Shown here: one piece after another, positions 1-9,827 of the stretch
How positions within the stretch are numbered: position 1 is the first letter of the stretch
How the letters are laid out: each line of letters begins with the position of its first letter
Assembly (NCBI RefSeq): GCF_000015945.1
Contig: NC_009033.1
Coordinates: forward strand, 1,080,001-1,112,000
Direction of reading: 5' to 3'
DNA from: Staphylothermus marinus F1
Lineage (GTDB): Archaea > Thermoproteota > Thermoprotei_A > Sulfolobales > Desulfurococcaceae
DNA: 32,000 bases
Position numbers and translations under genes: made by a program
Notes under the pieces: generated by a model
Told to the model about the DNA's origin: nothing
Database searches by the model: none
Seen by the model: the letters and a program-made list of their open reading frames with translations, nothing else

Positions 1-2897
1 ATAATTTCTAATACACTTCTATCAATATCTACTCGTAACCTACTATCATTGATCTTTATCGTCAATAAATATCTGAACTTTGACTCATCATTATGTTCTT
101 TGAATCTTCTAATAATATATCCTAGTACAGGAGTTTGAACTCTTCCAGCACTAAGGTTTCTATTCTCTATACAGCAAAACGGCATTTTATCTGTGATTCT
201 CTTCCCTTCCCTTACATATTTATTGAGGAGAGGGTGTAAGACTTTGAAACAGTATATTGGCCAGAAGTATTTCTGTACCTTCTTAGATAATGCGAAACCA
301 AGCCATCGATCCTCTACTCTACGAACAATTTGTGCTTCCACAAGCTTCATATCGAAGTCTCTGGGATTTCTTATCGCATTTAATATAGCTTTTCTAGTAA
401 TTTCATGAAATTCCACTCTTTTGATCTCCCTGGCATATGGTTCTAGTAATACTTTAATGTCCCACCCAATCTTTTCTCCTTCAGTATCTGGATCTGTGCC
501 AATAAATACTACATCTACTTCGTTTGCTAGTTCGCGTAGTGTTTCTACTATGTCTAGTTTTCTCGATATATCTCTGCTACCACATTTTGGACATGTATTT
601 GTTTCAGCTGTGAACTGGTATCCGCACTTATTACATCTTTTTATATCTGTATATACTGGGATGAATTTATCACCGACTAGTCTGACGCCGTAATTGTATA
701 GTCCATCGTCAACTACTAGATCATATACGTGGCCTATGCTAGCAATTATTGATAATACATAGTCACCCGTAGTAACGTCGTATACGGGCATACCGTTTTC
801 TAGTATTCTTATAGAGGGTTTTCCGAAGAAATTAGCTATTGTTCTAGCCTTATTAGGAGACTCCACTATGAGTAACGCTGATTTTGTTAGTTCAAGTGTT
901 TTCTCTACTTCAATTCTGCCTTCCAGTATCATTTTGACTTTTCTTCTTTCCTCATTTATTTCTTTCATGAGTTTATCTAAGTCTACTTCGTCTAGTCTCT
1001 TCATATCAAATTCTTCAAATAGCCATCTCATCCTTTTAATTAGTCCATTTAATAGTCTCTGATCATCAACTATGACTATGGATAATCCCTTAGTGATCCC
1101 TCCGGGATATAATCTAGAAGTTCTACCGCTTGCTTGAATATATGTCGCGACATCTGGGATCAAAATATAAGATTTACCGTCCTCCTGAACTAGAGCTACA
1201 TCTCCTTTTTGTTTTAGTTTCTCCCAGATCTCTGGTTTGGAAAGTAATTCTCTAGCCATCGATAATGCTTCCATTAACAGAGATAGTAATGGGTACTCTT
1301 CAACCTCTTCTCCTTGAAGCTTCTTCATGAAGTCCTCTTTTAATTTCATAAGTGCTCCTTGACTGAGTCGTCTGAGCCTCAACGATATACGGCCAATCAG
1401 GATCTCGGCTTTTCTTTTTTCTTCTCCTTCAAGTACATCCCGAAGAATTGTGAATATTCGTAGCACATCGATGGGTGAGGGTGACTCTAATCTTGTACTG
1501 AATTTGTGTCTAGGGACACCTGTGAATATGGCATACTTAACTCTGTCCGGCAGATCTAGTCCACGAACCATTACTCCATAATATGTTGCTACACCGACCA
1601 GGATATCTATATTGCCAGAAGCGAATTCTTCCAGTAATTTAACCGCTTTTTTCGCGTGAAATGCTTCAGCGTTTATTCCATGTTTCTTTAAAAGCTCAGC
1701 TATAGTCTCAGCATACTCGACTCCCTTATCTATTGGAACAAATATTAGTCCTCCATCGCCCAGTTTCTTTGCGAGCCTAATAATTGTTTGTTCAAGCGAT
1801 TCTTTGGAATAAGTATAAGTATCAACAATGTTCCTGATAGCTTCAGCTCTAGAACCTGCTTCAAAGTTTAGTAATATTCTAAATAGTCTTGGATAAATTC
1901 CTCTAGGTTTACCTGTTGCACTTGAAACAATAACAACTGTGTCGATTTTTCTTTTATACTTCTCTATTCTCTTCTCTAATGTTTCTAGTTTTTCTTCTAG
2001 TTCTCTTCTTTCTTCTTCTGATAATTTTAATGCTAATCTCTGTCTTAGCTTTAGGTATTCTATAGCTTCATTTATTTCTTGATCGGTAAGCCCTAATATA
2101 TAGAAAAGTATACGTATAGCTTTTCCACTGCGCAGTATAGCGTCGACATCATCCATGACTATTAATTCGTATTTCTTGTCAAGCAATAACTCATAGTTTT
2201 TATGCATAAACATATTAGTTGATAACAATATGTCGAAATTTCCTGATCTAATTTCTTCTAATAATTTCTCTCGTTTCTTCTTAGGAACACGTCCATGTAT
2301 ACTGATAATATTTAAACATGTTTGATCAGAATCTTCTTCTTGGCAAACAGGTATTTTTTCCTGTTCAGCTAGTTTTCTAAGCTTTTTCTCAGCTTGGAGT
2401 AATAGAGGCGTAGTGGGAAATACTAAATAGATCTTTTTACGTGAAATCCTATTCTTTTGGATCATGATTTGTTTTTTAGATAAATAAAGCGAACTTATCA
2501 ATGCAAACATTGTTTTACCCATACCGGTAGGTGCTATGATGCTGAAGGATCTACGTTTTAATAATCGTCTAGCCCATGTTCTTTGTGCACTCCAGAACTT
2601 ATATCCTCCTGTTGCTTCGCTGAAAAATTTCTCGAATTTTTCTAGTTTTTCCTCAAATTTATATAGGAACTCAAATCTTTTCTTCAACTTATTATTTTTT
2701 AGAAGCATTCTATAGTATGTTTCAAGTATTTCCTTGTAGGATTTTTCACCAATGTTTTCTCTGATTCTATAAAATAGTTCTTCCTCAATACACTTATCAC
2801 ATGGTGCTTTATGTATTAATCGTAGGTCACTATCTTCGCCGCCACAATTAGGACACGAATATCTATAATATCCATGAATATGCTTTAATTCCACCAT
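1..2897 (-). CDS. rgy: reverse gyrase, N-terminal helicase-like domain plus the first part of the topoisomerase IA domain; the C-terminal part runs off the window start
   Basis: It is absent from the ORF track because the frame is open at the window edge. My minus-strand translation from the ATG at 2897 (cat at 2895-2897) gives MVELKHIHGYYRYSCPNCGG...CDKC (N-terminal Zn finger). It continues with Walker A IIAPTGMGKT, a long helicase-like region, the TOPRIM/topo IA start LLIVESPNKARTIANFFG and a second Zn ribbon CNKCGYQF...CPKCGS. The frame is uninterrupted down to position 1. Confidence 0.9.
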   Translation of the reverse strand, partial: MVELKHIHGYYRYSCPNCGGEDSDLRLIHKAPCDKCIEEELFYRIRENIGEKSYKEILETYYRMLLKNNKLKKRFEFLYKFEEKLEKFEKFFSEATGGYKFWSAQRTWARRLLKRRSFSIIAPTGMGKTMFALISSLYLSKKQIMIQKNRISRKKIYLVFPTTPLLLQAEKKLRKLAEQEKIPVCQEEDSDQTCLNIISIHGRVPKKKREKLLEEIRSGNFDILLSTNMFMHKNYELLLDKKYELIVMDDVDAILRSGKAIRILFYILGLTDQEINEAIEYLKLRQRLALKLSEEERRELEEKLETLEKRIEKYKRKIDTVVIVSSATGKPRGIYPRLFRILLNFEAGSRAEAIRNIVDTYTYSKESLEQTIIRLAKKLGDGGLIFVPIDKGVEYAETIAELLKKHGINAEAFHAKKAVKLLEEFASGNIDILVGVATYYGVMVRGLDLPDRVKYAIFTGVPRHKFSTRLESPSPIDVLRIFTILRDVLEGEEKRKAEILIGRISLRLRRLSQGALMKLKEDFMKKLQGEEVEEYPLLSLLMEALSMARELLSKPEIWEKLKQKGDVALVQEDGKSYILIPDVATYIQASGRTSRLYPGGITKGLSIVIVDDQRLLNGLIKRMRWLFEEFDMKRLDEVDLDKLMKEINEERRKVKMILEGRIEVEKTLELTKSALLIVESPNKARTIANFFGKPSIRILENGMPVYDVTTGDYVLSIIASIGHVYDLVVDDGLYNYGVRLVGDKFIPVYTDIKRCNKCGYQFTAETNTCPKCGSRDISRKLDIVETLRELANEVDVVFIGTDPDTEGEKIGWDIKVLLEPYAREIKRVEFHEITRKAILNAIRNPRDFDMKLVEAQIVRRVEDRWLGFALSKKVQKYFWPIYCFKVLHPLLNKYVREGKRITDKMPFCCIENRNLSAGRVQTPVLGYIIRRFKEHNDESKFRYLLTIKINDSRLRVDIDRSVLEI

Positions 2898-2988
2898 ATA
2901 TACCCAACCATGTTTAAAGTTTTAGAAAATCAAGTAATTATAAATGTATCTTAAAAACGAGAGGTTTTTAAAGTTTTAAAAAAGAATG

Positions 2989-3753
2989 CTAGGCTCCTTC
3001 AATATAAGCTGTTCCACCTTTAATTCTAACGACTTTGTCGTGATGAATAATTATTCCTTTATCTGTTATTTCGAAAGGATGTCTTCTCATACTATGTTTT
3101 GTACCTCTCATTTTCCAGACAATAATACTTCTTACAAGTTCACCATTATATTCATCTAGATCAAGCCTTACTATACCATCAGCTGCATGCTCTACACCTG
3201 GTCCACCAAATCCGCGCTCGGTAACCGATACTTGCGATACAAGAATAGATGTAGTACCAAGTCCTGATAATACCCTCTTTAATTGCAACACTACGCCTCT
3301 TGCAACTGCAGGTTTTGTTAAGTAAAGTGTTGAAACCGAGTCTATAACTACTCTCAAAGCTCCTACATCTCTAATAGCTTGTTTTAAAACATCTATTAAC
3401 TCGCCAACGTCGGTAGGGTCTCTTACCACATATTTCTCCCTTTTAGCTGCTTCACCTATTCCTCCCGTAAAAGCATCAACAATCGCAAATACTCCTTGTT
3501 GCTCATATGGTCTTACATCCCATCCAAACTGTCTCATATTAATTCTTACCTGTACTGGATGTTCTTCTAATGCTACAAATACTCCAGGCTCACCCATTTG
3601 AAGACCGTTCCATAAATATTGTGTACCGAAAATTGATTTACCAGTTCCAGGGCCTCCGCTTAATAATACAACGTTTCTTTTTGGAATTCCACCATTAACT
3701 ATTTCATCGAATCCTGGAATACCTGTTTTTACTCTTTCCACCATAACCTTCAC
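2989..3753 (-). CDS. KaiC-like / RadA-paralog RecA-superfamily ATPase (single domain)
   Basis: The N-terminus [31 protein letters not shown] (Walker A) and the overall layout are typical of KaiC/RadA-paralog proteins. The track start is GTG at 3753. The in-frame ATG at 3744 is preceded by GAGGTGA and is the more likely start (about 251 aa). Confidence 0.8.
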   Translation of the reverse strand: MKVMVERVKTGIPGFDEIVNGGIPKRNVVLLSGGPGTGKSIFGTQYLWNGLQMGEPGVFVALEEHPVQVRINMRQFGWDVRPYEQQGVFAIVDAFTGGIGEAAKREKYVVRDPTDVGELIDVLKQAIRDVGALRVVIDSVSTLYLTKPAVARGVVLQLKRVLSGLGTTSILVSQVSVTERGFGGPGVEHAADGIVRLDLDEYNGELVRSIIVWKMRGTKHSMRRHPFEITDKGIIIHHDKVVRIKGGTAYIEGA

Positions 3754-3877
3754 CTCAAATGGAGTTTATTCAAATAATAATATTGTTTATGAATACTAAT
3801 ATCAATTTATGTAGCATTATATAATAGGGAGAAATGTTATATGTTGTTTCCAGAACTATGCCTTTGAGGTGACGGTT
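3754..3877. promoter_or_regulatory. divergent promoter and translation-initiation region between the KaiC-like gene and cdc48
   Basis: This is an AT-rich spacer with a TATA-like ATTATATAATA at 3816-3826. GAGGTGA Shine-Dalgarno motifs sit 5 nt upstream of both ATGs: 3866-3872 on the + strand, and inside the mirror-image copy at 3742-3759 on the - strand. Confidence 0.4.
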
Positions 3878-6079
3878 ATGCCTAGAAATAATAATAGAGA
3901 GATAAGACTTAGAGTAGCAGAAGCAAGACAAAGAGATGTTGGGAGAAAGATTGTCAGGATCAGTAGAACAGATATGGCCAGGATAGGAGTTGTTACAGGA
4001 GATTTCGTGGAAATCATTGGTCCTCGAGGAAGCATTATTGCGCAGGTTTGGCCGGCTTATCCTGAAGATGAAGGTAAAGACATAATACGTATGGATGGAT
4101 ATTTACGTAGAGCTATTGGAGCTAGTGTTGGAGACATAGTTAGTGTTAAGAAAACAAGTGTTGAGCCGGCAACTAAAGTAGTTCTAGCACCAACAGAACC
4201 TATACGTTTCGGTCCAGATTTCGTTGAATATGTTCGTCAATTCTTAATTAGAAAACCACTTAGCAGAGGTGAGGAAATAGAAATCCCGATATTTGGTATG
4301 AGCCTAAAATTTGTCGTTATAGCAACACAGCCTGGATACAGAGTATATGTGACTGATGAAACAGAGATACAGATACGTAGCGAACCTGTTAAGGAGGAAG
4401 TTATTGAAAGAGCTAGGATGATACCTAAAGTAACTTGGGAAGACATAGGTGATCTTGAGGAAGCTAAGCAAAAGATAAGGGAAATAGTTGAATTACCATT
4501 AAAACATCCCGAACTATTCAAACATTTAGGTATAGAGCCTCCAAAGGGTATCTTACTGTATGGTCCACCAGGTACTGGTAAGACATTATTAGCTAAAGCC
4601 TTAGCTAACGAGATTGGAGCATACTTTACAGCGATAAATGGTCCTGAGATAATGAGTAAGTTCTATGGTGAATCAGAGCAGAGGCTTAGAGAAATATTTG
4701 AAGAAGCTGAGAGAAACGCTCCAGCAATAATATTCATAGATGAAATAGACAGTATTGCTCCTAAGAGGGAAGAAGTTACTGGCGAAGTGGAAAAAAGAGT
4801 TGTAGCACAACTTCTAGCATTAATGGATGGTTTGAAAGAACGTGGAAAAGTAATAGTGATTGGAGCAACTAATAGACCTGACGCATTAGACCCAGCACTC
4901 CGTAGACCCGGAAGATTTGATAGAGAAATAGAGATTCCACCACCAGATAAGCGTGCTAGAAGAGAAATACTTGCTGTTCACACACGTAACATGCCCTTAG
5001 AGGAAGATGTTGATCTAGATAAGATTGCTGAAATGACTCATGGATATACAGGAGCAGATTTAGCTGCACTAGTTAAAGAAGCAGCAATGGCTGCACTAAG
5101 AAGATTCATTAAAGAAGGCAAAATAGATCTAACACAACCTATTCCAGCAGAGAAACTAAGAGATCTGAAAGTTAAAATGTCTGACTTCCTTGAAGCAATG
5201 AAATATGTGCAACCAACACTTATCAGGGAAATATATGTTGAAGTCCCAGAGGTTAGATGGAGCGATATTGGAGGCCTTGAAGATGTGAAGCAACAGTTAA
5301 GAGAAGCTGTTGAGTGGCCTATGAAGCATCCCGAAGTATTTGAACAAATGGGTATTGAGCCGCCTAAGGGAATACTATTGTTTGGACCGCCAGGTACTGG
5401 TAAGACATTATTAGCTAAAGCTGTTGCCACTGAGAGTGGTGCAAACTTCATAGCAGTAAGAGGACCAGAAATACTAAGCAAATGGGTAGGAGAATCAGAA
5501 AAAGCAATTAGACAAATATTTAGGAGAGCAAGACAAGTTGCTCCCGCCGTTGTGTTCTTTGATGAAATAGATTCGATCGCGCCTGCCCGTGGTTATAGGC
5601 ATGATACAAGTGGAGTCACAGATCGTATTGTGAATCAATTATTAACAGAGCTTGATGGAATAGAGCCTCTTAGAAAAGTAGTAGTTATAGCTGCAACTAA
5701 TAGACCAGACATTCTCGATCCAGCACTGCTTAGACCGGGAAGATTTGATAGATTAATATATGTGCCACCACCAGACTTTAAAGCGAGAATAGAAATATTC
5801 AAAGTACACACGAAGAAAATGCCTCTGGCACCCGATGTAGACTTAGAAGAACTAGCTAGAAGAACTGAAGGCTATACTGGGGCAGATATAGCTGCGGTTT
5901 GTAGAGAAGCAGCAATACTTGCTTTAAGAGAGGAATTCAAAGTAAGACCTGTTGAAATGAAGCACTTCTTAGAAGCATTGAAACACGTACCTCCAAGCCT
6001 GACAAGAACTGATATGGAAAGATATGAGAGAATGGCTAAAGAACTCAAGAGAATGGGCGGACTACCATATAGGGTCTAG
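3869..6079 (+). CDS. cdc48: CDC48/VCP-type AAA+ ATPase (N-domain plus two AAA modules)
   Basis: There are two Walker A motifs, [13 protein letters not shown], at about aa 232 and 505, two Walker B motifs ([16 protein letters not shown]) and a VAT-N-like N-domain. The track start is GTG at 3869. The ATG at 3878 with GAGGTGA at 3866-3872 is the more likely start. Confidence 0.93.
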   Translation: MTVMPRNNNREIRLRVAEARQRDVGRKIVRISRTDMARIGVVTGDFVEIIGPRGSIIAQVWPAYPEDEGKDIIRMDGYLRRAIGASVGDIVSVKKTSVEPATKVVLAPTEPIRFGPDFVEYVRQFLIRKPLSRGEEIEIPIFGMSLKFVVIATQPGYRVYVTDETEIQIRSEPVKEEVIERARMIPKVTWEDIGDLEEAKQKIREIVELPLKHPELFKHLGIEPPKGILLYGPPGTGKTLLAKALANEIGAYFTAINGPEIMSKFYGESEQRLREIFEEAERNAPAIIFIDEIDSIAPKREEVTGEVEKRVVAQLLALMDGLKERGKVIVIGATNRPDALDPALRRPGRFDREIEIPPPDKRARREILAVHTRNMPLEEDVDLDKIAEMTHGYTGADLAALVKEAAMAALRRFIKEGKIDLTQPIPAEKLRDLKVKMSDFLEAMKYVQPTLIREIYVEVPEVRWSDIGGLEDVKQQLREAVEWPMKHPEVFEQMGIEPPKGILLFGPPGTGKTLLAKAVATESGANFIAVRGPEILSKWVGESEKAIRQIFRRARQVAPAVVFFDEIDSIAPARGYRHDTSGVTDRIVNQLLTELDGIEPLRKVVVIAATNRPDILDPALLRPGRFDRLIYVPPPDFKARIEIFKVHTKKMPLAPDVDLEELARRTEGYTGADIAAVCREAAILALREEFKVRPVEMKHFLEALKHVPPSLTRTDMERYERMAKELKRMGGLPYRV

Positions 6080-6100
6080 AGAGCTTAGGTGAAATAATTA

Positions 6101-8557
6101 TTGCGGATAGAAAGCGGTGAAGACTATACTATACCATATTCTTTTCAACGATTCCTTAGACTATATGGTAAGGTAATAAAAGATATTGTTAAGGGAAGAT
6201 TCAGAACATTAATGGTCATATCAGGTAGTGACCCCGTTTTCATGGGTTTACTAGCTGCAAAAGCTATACAATACTATGAGAGACAAAGACATCGTTATGA
6301 TAAGAAAAAGTATTCTGGACTATATGTTTATCACGACGAGTTTGACGATGCAGTTCTATTGAAAGAAGTATTTAATAGAAATCTCAATATTAAATATACT
6401 GAGTTTCAATACGCAGTCTATGAGCGTAGTGAACGATATCTAGGATCAACATTTTCATTCCTAATCATGGACTTAACTAAAGATCTTAAACCTAATGATC
6501 TTGGTCGATTAGTTGGTATAGTAGAGGGTGGCGGATTAATTATTCTACTAACTCCTCCATGGGATCAATGGGATACCTATATGACTATATTTAAACGAAA
6601 CATAACTGTTCCACAATTTCCAGAGCCAAGACACATATTTATAAAATGGGTTAAATCCAAGCTTTTGAAACATGATTCTATAGGCATATATGATGCAGAT
6701 AACAAACGTATTATCAAGAAAATAGAGTTAAAAAGAGAAATCAAATCATCCGAGGAGAAAATACAGATACCTCAAAACACTCTTTTCCCTAGACGCGTCT
6801 ATGAATTTGCATTAACACGTGATCAAGTCGAAGTAATTAAGTTGATGGAGCAACTATATGAGAAACCACGTAAGGGCAAGAAAAAAGTCATAGTTATAAC
6901 AGCTGATCGTGGCAGAGGAAAATCATGTGCTGTAGGAATTGGTTCTGTAGGATTAATACATGTTCTGAGAAAGGTAAAACCAAAACCTAGAATACTGGTA
7001 ACAGCTCCTAGTCCAAGTAATGTTCAGTCCTTAATGATGCTTGCTAGAAAAGTATTAGATGCACTAGGCTATAAATACGAAGTTATCAAGAGAGAAGGTA
7101 ACGTGATTGAGCTTAGAGGCGAAAAATTCAGTATTGAATATTGGGAACCAATCAATATTCCTAGAATTAGAGGAGATATTGTAATAGTTGATGAGGCCGC
7201 TGGAATACATGTTCCAATGCTCCATAAAATATGGATGAGTCATAATCGATTAGTTTTTTCAACTACTATACATGGATACGAAGGAGCAGGTAGAGGATTC
7301 TCTGTTAGGTTTCTCACTAAAATACGGAATGATAAAAACACACAGCTAATCGAGTATGAAATGACAGAACCTATACGTTACTCTATCAACGATCCAATAG
7401 AGGAATGGCAGTTTAAAACCCTTCTACTAGATGCTGAACCAGCAGAATTAACAAGTGAGGACGTAAAGGATATTGAAGAAAAGAACCTTATCTATGTAGA
7501 ATACGATCCTCGTTACTTGTTTAGTGAAAAAGGAGAAGAGGAGTTAAGACAGTTATTTGGAATATATGTATTAGCACATTATCGGAACGAACCCGACGAT
7601 CTTGGTATGATTGCTGATGCACCACATCATATCGTAAGAGCAGTAAAGACACGTAGCGGGAAAATAGTATGTGCTTTACAAATAGCTTATGAAGGCAGAA
7701 TAGATAAGGATACAGCTAGTGAATTATTAAAGGGTGGTAGAATACCCGGTAATATAATTCCTGATAGATTCCTGAAGCATCTTAGATATAAGGGATTTGC
7801 AGAACTATTTGGATGGCGTATTGTGAGGATAGCGACACATCCACAAGTTCAAGGAAGAGGTATTGGTAGTTGGGCATTAAGTAAATTGTCTGAAGAAGCT
7901 ATTAGTAAGGGGTTAGACTGGGTTGCAGCAGGTTTTGGAGTAAACTATGAATTATTAAGATTCTGGCTTAAAAACGGCTTCTACCCATTACATATAAGCC
8001 CAGATAGAAACCCTGTTAGCGGGGAATATACATTACTCGTCATAAAACCGCTGAATAAAAAAACCGAGGAATACGTGTTAAAGGCAAATAAGGAATTCAG
8101 GCTTAAACTCCTAGATTCACTTCCAATCGTTTATAGAGACATGGAGATAAGCGTTGCTATGCAATTGCTCGACTATGGTGATTCACTAATTAGCGAAGTT
8201 CCAAACAATATATTCTCGCCTGTTCAAATAGATCGTTTATGGATTTACTGTATGGGCCCAATGACGTTTGAAGCAGCAGCTGATATCATGCACAAACTAG
8301 CTAAGTTGCACTGGTTATTATCCAAGGATAAAAGAGTTGAGCTATCAAGAATAAAAGAAGCTATATTGATTGGAAAAGCTCTTCAAGGAAAGACTTGGGA
8401 AGAGTTAAAAAGTGAGCTTAGATTACATTTGAAAGAACTTCACAAATTTGCACGGGATATAGCGTGTAAATATTTTAGAGCTTTAACGAGAAAAGATCCC
8501 GAAATACATGAACCAGGAGTTGAGAAATTAGATTATGATTTAAAGATTATTTTCTAA
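6101..8557 (+). CDS. tmcA: tRNA(Met) cytidine acetyltransferase (TmcA/Nat10 family: helicase-like ATPase plus GNAT domain)
   Basis: The P-loop ITADRGRGKSCAVG and the GNAT acetyl-CoA motif RIATHPQVQGRGIGSWAL are present, and the 818 aa length fits. The TTG start at 6101 is preceded by AGGTGA at 6086-6091. Confidence 0.85.
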   Translation: MRIESGEDYTIPYSFQRFLRLYGKVIKDIVKGRFRTLMVISGSDPVFMGLLAAKAIQYYERQRHRYDKKKYSGLYVYHDEFDDAVLLKEVFNRNLNIKYTEFQYAVYERSERYLGSTFSFLIMDLTKDLKPNDLGRLVGIVEGGGLIILLTPPWDQWDTYMTIFKRNITVPQFPEPRHIFIKWVKSKLLKHDSIGIYDADNKRIIKKIELKREIKSSEEKIQIPQNTLFPRRVYEFALTRDQVEVIKLMEQLYEKPRKGKKKVIVITADRGRGKSCAVGIGSVGLIHVLRKVKPKPRILVTAPSPSNVQSLMMLARKVLDALGYKYEVIKREGNVIELRGEKFSIEYWEPINIPRIRGDIVIVDEAAGIHVPMLHKIWMSHNRLVFSTTIHGYEGAGRGFSVRFLTKIRNDKNTQLIEYEMTEPIRYSINDPIEEWQFKTLLLDAEPAELTSEDVKDIEEKNLIYVEYDPRYLFSEKGEEELRQLFGIYVLAHYRNEPDDLGMIADAPHHIVRAVKTRSGKIVCALQIAYEGRIDKDTASELLKGGRIPGNIIPDRFLKHLRYKGFAELFGWRIVRIATHPQVQGRGIGSWALSKLSEEAISKGLDWVAAGFGVNYELLRFWLKNGFYPLHISPDRNPVSGEYTLLVIKPLNKKTEEYVLKANKEFRLKLLDSLPIVYRDMEISVAMQLLDYGDSLISEVPNNIFSPVQIDRLWIYCMGPMTFEAAADIMHKLAKLHWLLSKDKRVELSRIKEAILIGKALQGKTWEELKSELRLHLKELHKFARDIACKYFRALTRKDPEIHEPGVEKLDYDLKIIF

Positions 8558-9382
8558 ATCAGACCCCTCTAAATCTCCACTCATTAGTTCGGTCTCTTTT
8601 TTCAACTCGGCTGATAACATTTTTGCTAAAACACTAAATGGTAGAGATATTTCGCCTCGACTGATATTATAAGGTCCTAAAACAACTAATCCCTTTTCAT
8701 TCACTATATCTATCAGAAAAACTCGCTTATCATGATCTGTTTGCCTCATTTTCTCGACTACTAGAAATCGTTTAAGTTCTCCTCCGAGAACGGATTTTCT
8801 AAATCTAATGATTCCATCTGCTACGTGTTCAACACCGAAACCGAAACCTAGACTTGTTGTGACAGCATATTGACTTGTTAAGAGAATAGTCATGTTCCAT
8901 CTAGCAAGTCTTCTTTTAACAATGTAGCTATACTTTCTAGCCATTGCTGGTTTATCCAGCCAGAATGCACTCATGGAATCAATTACTAGTCTAGCATGGC
9001 CATAACCAAGATATTTCTTGGCCTCTATAATCTTAGATAATAGCTCTTCTATATCTAACTCTCTAAGACTCCAGGGATCACCTCTTTCCTCCATTAAAGC
9101 ATCAATTATAACTAGATTTCCTTCATCAAGGTATTTTCTGAGATCAATGTTGAACATAGCGGCTTGTCTAATAATACTTTCACGGCTCTCTTCAGTTGTT
9201 ACATATATCCCCTTATCACCCATTTCTAAGCCTTTACCAATGAAATGTATGCAGAACACAGTTTTCCCTGTTCCAGGCTCCCCGACAACTGCTACAACAA
9301 AACCTCGCGGAATACCTCCGCGTAAAATCTCATCTAGCCCTTTAACACCTGTGGGAATTCTCTCAATACTTAGTTGACTCAA
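8540..9382 (-). CDS. KaiC-like / RadA-paralog RecA-superfamily ATPase, second paralog
   Basis: IPTGVKGLDEILRGGIPRGFVVAVVGEPGTGKT (Walker A) is followed by LVIDSMS (Walker B-like). The start is TTG at 9382, and the conserved N-terminal motif begins 9 aa later. The 3' end overlaps the tmcA 3' end convergently by 18 nt. Confidence 0.8.
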   Translation of the reverse strand: MSQLSIERIPTGVKGLDEILRGGIPRGFVVAVVGEPGTGKTVFCIHFIGKGLEMGDKGIYVTTEESRESIIRQAAMFNIDLRKYLDEGNLVIIDALMEERGDPWSLRELDIEELLSKIIEAKKYLGYGHARLVIDSMSAFWLDKPAMARKYSYIVKRRLARWNMTILLTSQYAVTTSLGFGFGVEHVADGIIRFRKSVLGGELKRFLVVEKMRQTDHDKRVFLIDIVNEKGLVVLGPYNISRGEISLPFSVLAKMLSAELKKETELMSGDLEGSDLENNL

Positions 9383-9397
9383 ATATTCTCCCCGAGA

Positions 9398-9688
9398 TTA
9401 TTCTTTTATTAAGGGCTTAATATAGTGTATATTTAGCTTATAATCTGGGAAAATTTTTCGAATAATATTCTTAATAAGCTCTAATACTGGTTCAGCATAT
9501 TCGATATTAGACATGTATATTCTGAGAACAACTTCTTTATATCCTGGATAAAGATGTATTCCTGCAATCATTTTACCATTATATAACAGCCTATAGCTAT
9601 AGGAGTGCCTACTAGCAAAGATATTGTTTTCTCTTAGTTTAAAAACTAGTTCGTCAAGCTTTCTTGGATTCACCCATCTCGTATACAT
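9398..9688 (-). CDS. hypothetical 96-aa protein, translationally coupled upstream partner of the KaiC-like gene
   Basis: The start is ATG at 9688 with AGGTGA (tcacct at 9699-9704 on the + strand) 9-10 nt upstream. The stop lies 15 nt before the KaiC-like TTG. I recognise no motif. Confidence 0.55.
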   Translation of the reverse strand: MYTRWVNPRKLDELVFKLRENNIFASRHSYSYRLLYNGKMIAGIHLYPGYKEVVLRIYMSNIEYAEPVLELIKNIIRKIFPDYKLNIHYIKPLIKE

Positions 9689-9747
9689 TTTTATTTATCA
9701 CCTGTTTCTTCAAAGATTTAATAAAATCGTTAAAACCATTATTATAA

Positions 9748-9810
9748 TGGAGATGCTGAGGCTCGAAAGGGCTGAAAACATTATGATGAGCCCGCGCAGG
9801 CCTGATCCGC
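9748..9810 (+). ncRNA. candidate C/D box sRNA (2'-O-methylation guide)
   Basis: The parts are: C box ATGCTGA 9753-9759 (one mismatch to RUGAUGA), a 12-nt spacer GGCTCGAAAGGG, D' CTGA 9772-9775 and a 7-nt loop. These are followed by C' ATGATGA 9783-9789, a 12-nt spacer GCCCGCGCAGGC and D CTGA 9802-9805. The spacers are GC-rich in an AT-rich intergenic region. Short complementary flanks are present (GGA at 9749-9751, TCC at 9806-9808). Confidence 0.45.
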
Positions 9811-9827
9811 TTATATGGTGATTTTAA

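Noticed and set aside
193-1062. Track ORFs 193..408, 421..693 and 868..1062 on the + strand
   Set aside because: They lie antisense to the continuous reverse gyrase frame and have low-complexity S/L/F-rich translations, so they are spurious shadows.
4237-5481. Track ORFs 4237..4521 and 5038..5481 on the - strand
   Set aside because: They lie antisense inside cdc48 with no motifs, so they are shadow ORFs.
9018-9377. Track ORF 9018..9377 on the + strand
   Set aside because: It lies antisense inside the second KaiC-like gene and is S/I-rich with low complexity.
9624-9821. Track ORF 9624..9821 on the + strand (65 aa)
   Set aside because: It spans the 5' end of the 96-aa gene on the opposite strand, the intergenic promoter region and the candidate C/D sRNA. 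It shows no coding features.
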